DNA of 61,203 nt, the filler included, from Rhabdomonas costata (lineage: Eukaryota), in the NCBI GenBank assembly GCA_019059605.1. It is 18 parts of 18 records of this genome, joined end to end, with 100 filler letters (N's around TTAATTAATTAA, not from the genome) between each part and the next. Parts side by side here need not be neighbours in the genome. Positions count along the whole stretch, not along the records: positions 57,905 to 61,203 come from JAHMHO010001035.1; 17 more parts are not named here. One strand, written 5' to 3'. Below, piece after piece: positions 59,666-61,203 of this stretch. The notes under the pieces are model-generated. The model ran no database searches. It had not been told where the DNA came from and was given only the letters and a program-made list of their open reading frames with translations. Both the position numbers and the translations under genes were made by a program. Position 1 is the first letter of the stretch; each line of letters starts with the position of its first letter.

Positions 59666-60209
59666 CTCTCGCTTTCTCTATCTGAAATGACTTCCACGCC
59701 GGGACAGAGAAAGGGTAACAAACAAAAAGAGAAAACTGAGGAATGAGAATCGTTGAGAGATATTCGCAGAAGTAGGCTTTCTTTCTATATGGGTCGGAAA
59801 AAGCTGTGAACAGAGATGGGGTAAAAAGAAATGGGGTGTGCTGCACACATCTCGGTTGGATCGCTCCATCTGCGGCCAGCACCAAAAAATGGCTTCGATC
59901 ACGACACCTGAGGTAAATATGCAGTCCTCATTCCATCTCAAAGTGACAAAAGATCTAGCTTGCGAAGGATGATTTCAACCCCCCACCTCCCTGCATTACA
60001 GCCGCAGAAAGTGACCATCCTTCCGCCTTAAGCTTCCAGCTGCTTTTGTAAAATACACAATGTACATAGCACCGGCCGTTCCTGCTCAGGCTCTTTTCCA
60101 GCGGCGACCCCACCTCGCCCATGCTAAAAAGCGCGCAGCGGGCCACTCGCAGCTGCACATCAACCGGCATCCTCGCAGCAGACGGTTCCGCCTGCTCCTT
60201 CACTTTCCC

Positions 60210-61151
60210 TCACACTGCTGCGGGTTCCATCAGGACCCCGTAGATCTCAAAGCATGACAGCACCAGGGCGTTTGTACCGGCGGAGTTTCCGCGGGGCAGA
60301 AGGCTGACCCGGAACATGCTGAACCCCTCCCCGTCGGGGTCCGGCGGGAGGACCCATGCGCCGACCATAGTCCGCGGGCCAAGGGTCTCGTCTCGAAAGT
60401 GCTCTCGTAGAACCTTCCAGGTGGTTCCATCTCGGGAGCCTTCGAAAGGGAACCACAGAAACCACTACTGCGTCATTCATCCATCACAGTTGAGAGATGG
60501 GTGGTATCTGTCAACTGGAATGGTACCCAGGGCCATTTCATCAGGATGCTTTTGGCTTGTGCATGTGTGTAGTTGTCCCTTTTTTATGACTGAGGCTTGC
60601 GTGCGCCGTCCCGATTACACAATTGGCTGTGCGGGAATCCTGTTTCTCACGAAACCCCAGTTAGCTCCACACCCAAGGGACGTTGCGTGATGCGACTGAC
60701 CGACAATGACCGACAATTGGCCAGCAGTGCTAACCGTTCGAGAGGATACCGTCATATAAGCGCGGAGTGAGGCGCCACCACAAAAAGAGGTGAATGAAAG
60801 AAAGGTTATGCAAGGATTTGTGACGTGGATACCGCTACAAATGGTTCTTGAGTTGAGCAAACGTGTAATCCTTTTGGCTAGCATTCTCTCCTGTACCTAT
60901 ATGGGCTGCAACAGACCGACAGATGGAATCGCCATAATCGGCCAAGGTTGACCAATTCATCAGCCGTTTACCGAAACAAGCAAAAACGCAAACACGAAAC
61001 AGAAGAAACACTAACCCGAGAAAGTCCAGCTGCGAGAAAAGAAGTTCGGGAGCCGCGCCCTGTGGGCCATACGGTAGTGCGAGGGGATGATCAGCCGACC
61101 AAGGAAGTCGATTGTGACCCATGATGGCTGCCGGTTGTCCGTGTAATACAC
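60210..61151 (-). CDS. C-terminal F5/8C-like (galactose-binding-like, HECTD1/BTB-type) domain; exons 61151-61016, 60439-60210
   Basis: Spliced: YTDNRQPSWVTIDF..LIIPSHYRMAH...RSWTFS/GSRDGTTWKVLREH...W...FSMFRV...NSAG...LVLSCFEIYG..*. Phase-1 GT-AG intron; not present in the ORF track. Confidence 0.85.
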
Positions 61152-61203
61152 CTGCGGGGATACCGGCCCACCTCTGAAGTGCATCTTGGCTCACCCCCCA
61201 CAC

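Overview
This is not a contiguous locus. It is 18 unrelated ~3.30-3.32 kb contigs joined by 100-bp spacers (N44-TTAATTAATTAA-N44). The DNA is intron-rich eukaryotic nuclear sequence with GT-AG introns, at least one GC-AG intron, frequent GTGYG/GTNYGC donors, and pyrimidine-tract+AG sites just upstream of ATGs. These traits and an MBOAT wax synthase fit a euglenid protist (inference). G/T-only 5' ends and C/A-only 3' ends of most contigs suggest whole-genome amplification. Manual splicing recovers genes the ORF track misses or fragments: GST (exon 1), MBOAT wax synthase, CHX/KHA1-type cation/H+ antiporter C-terminus, two R-S-E ADP-ribosyltransferases (one with an N-terminal MGC acylation motif), a complete 4-exon SGNH hydrolase, a MORN-repeat gene, VPS18 (3' end), TRM112, a PIH1-domain gene, an F5/8C-like-domain gene, and LINE/Ty3 remnants. 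The top find is a 5-exon gene (42663-43917+) fusing a dsRNA-binding domain to a Z-alpha-like winged helix, the domain pair of ADAR1 and poxvirus E3L, in a protist. Next is a pentameric ligand-gated ion channel ectodomain (55966-57440) masked by an in-frame TAA that a possible 30-nt micro-intron would remove. All domain calls are by-eye motif recognition; no database searches were run.
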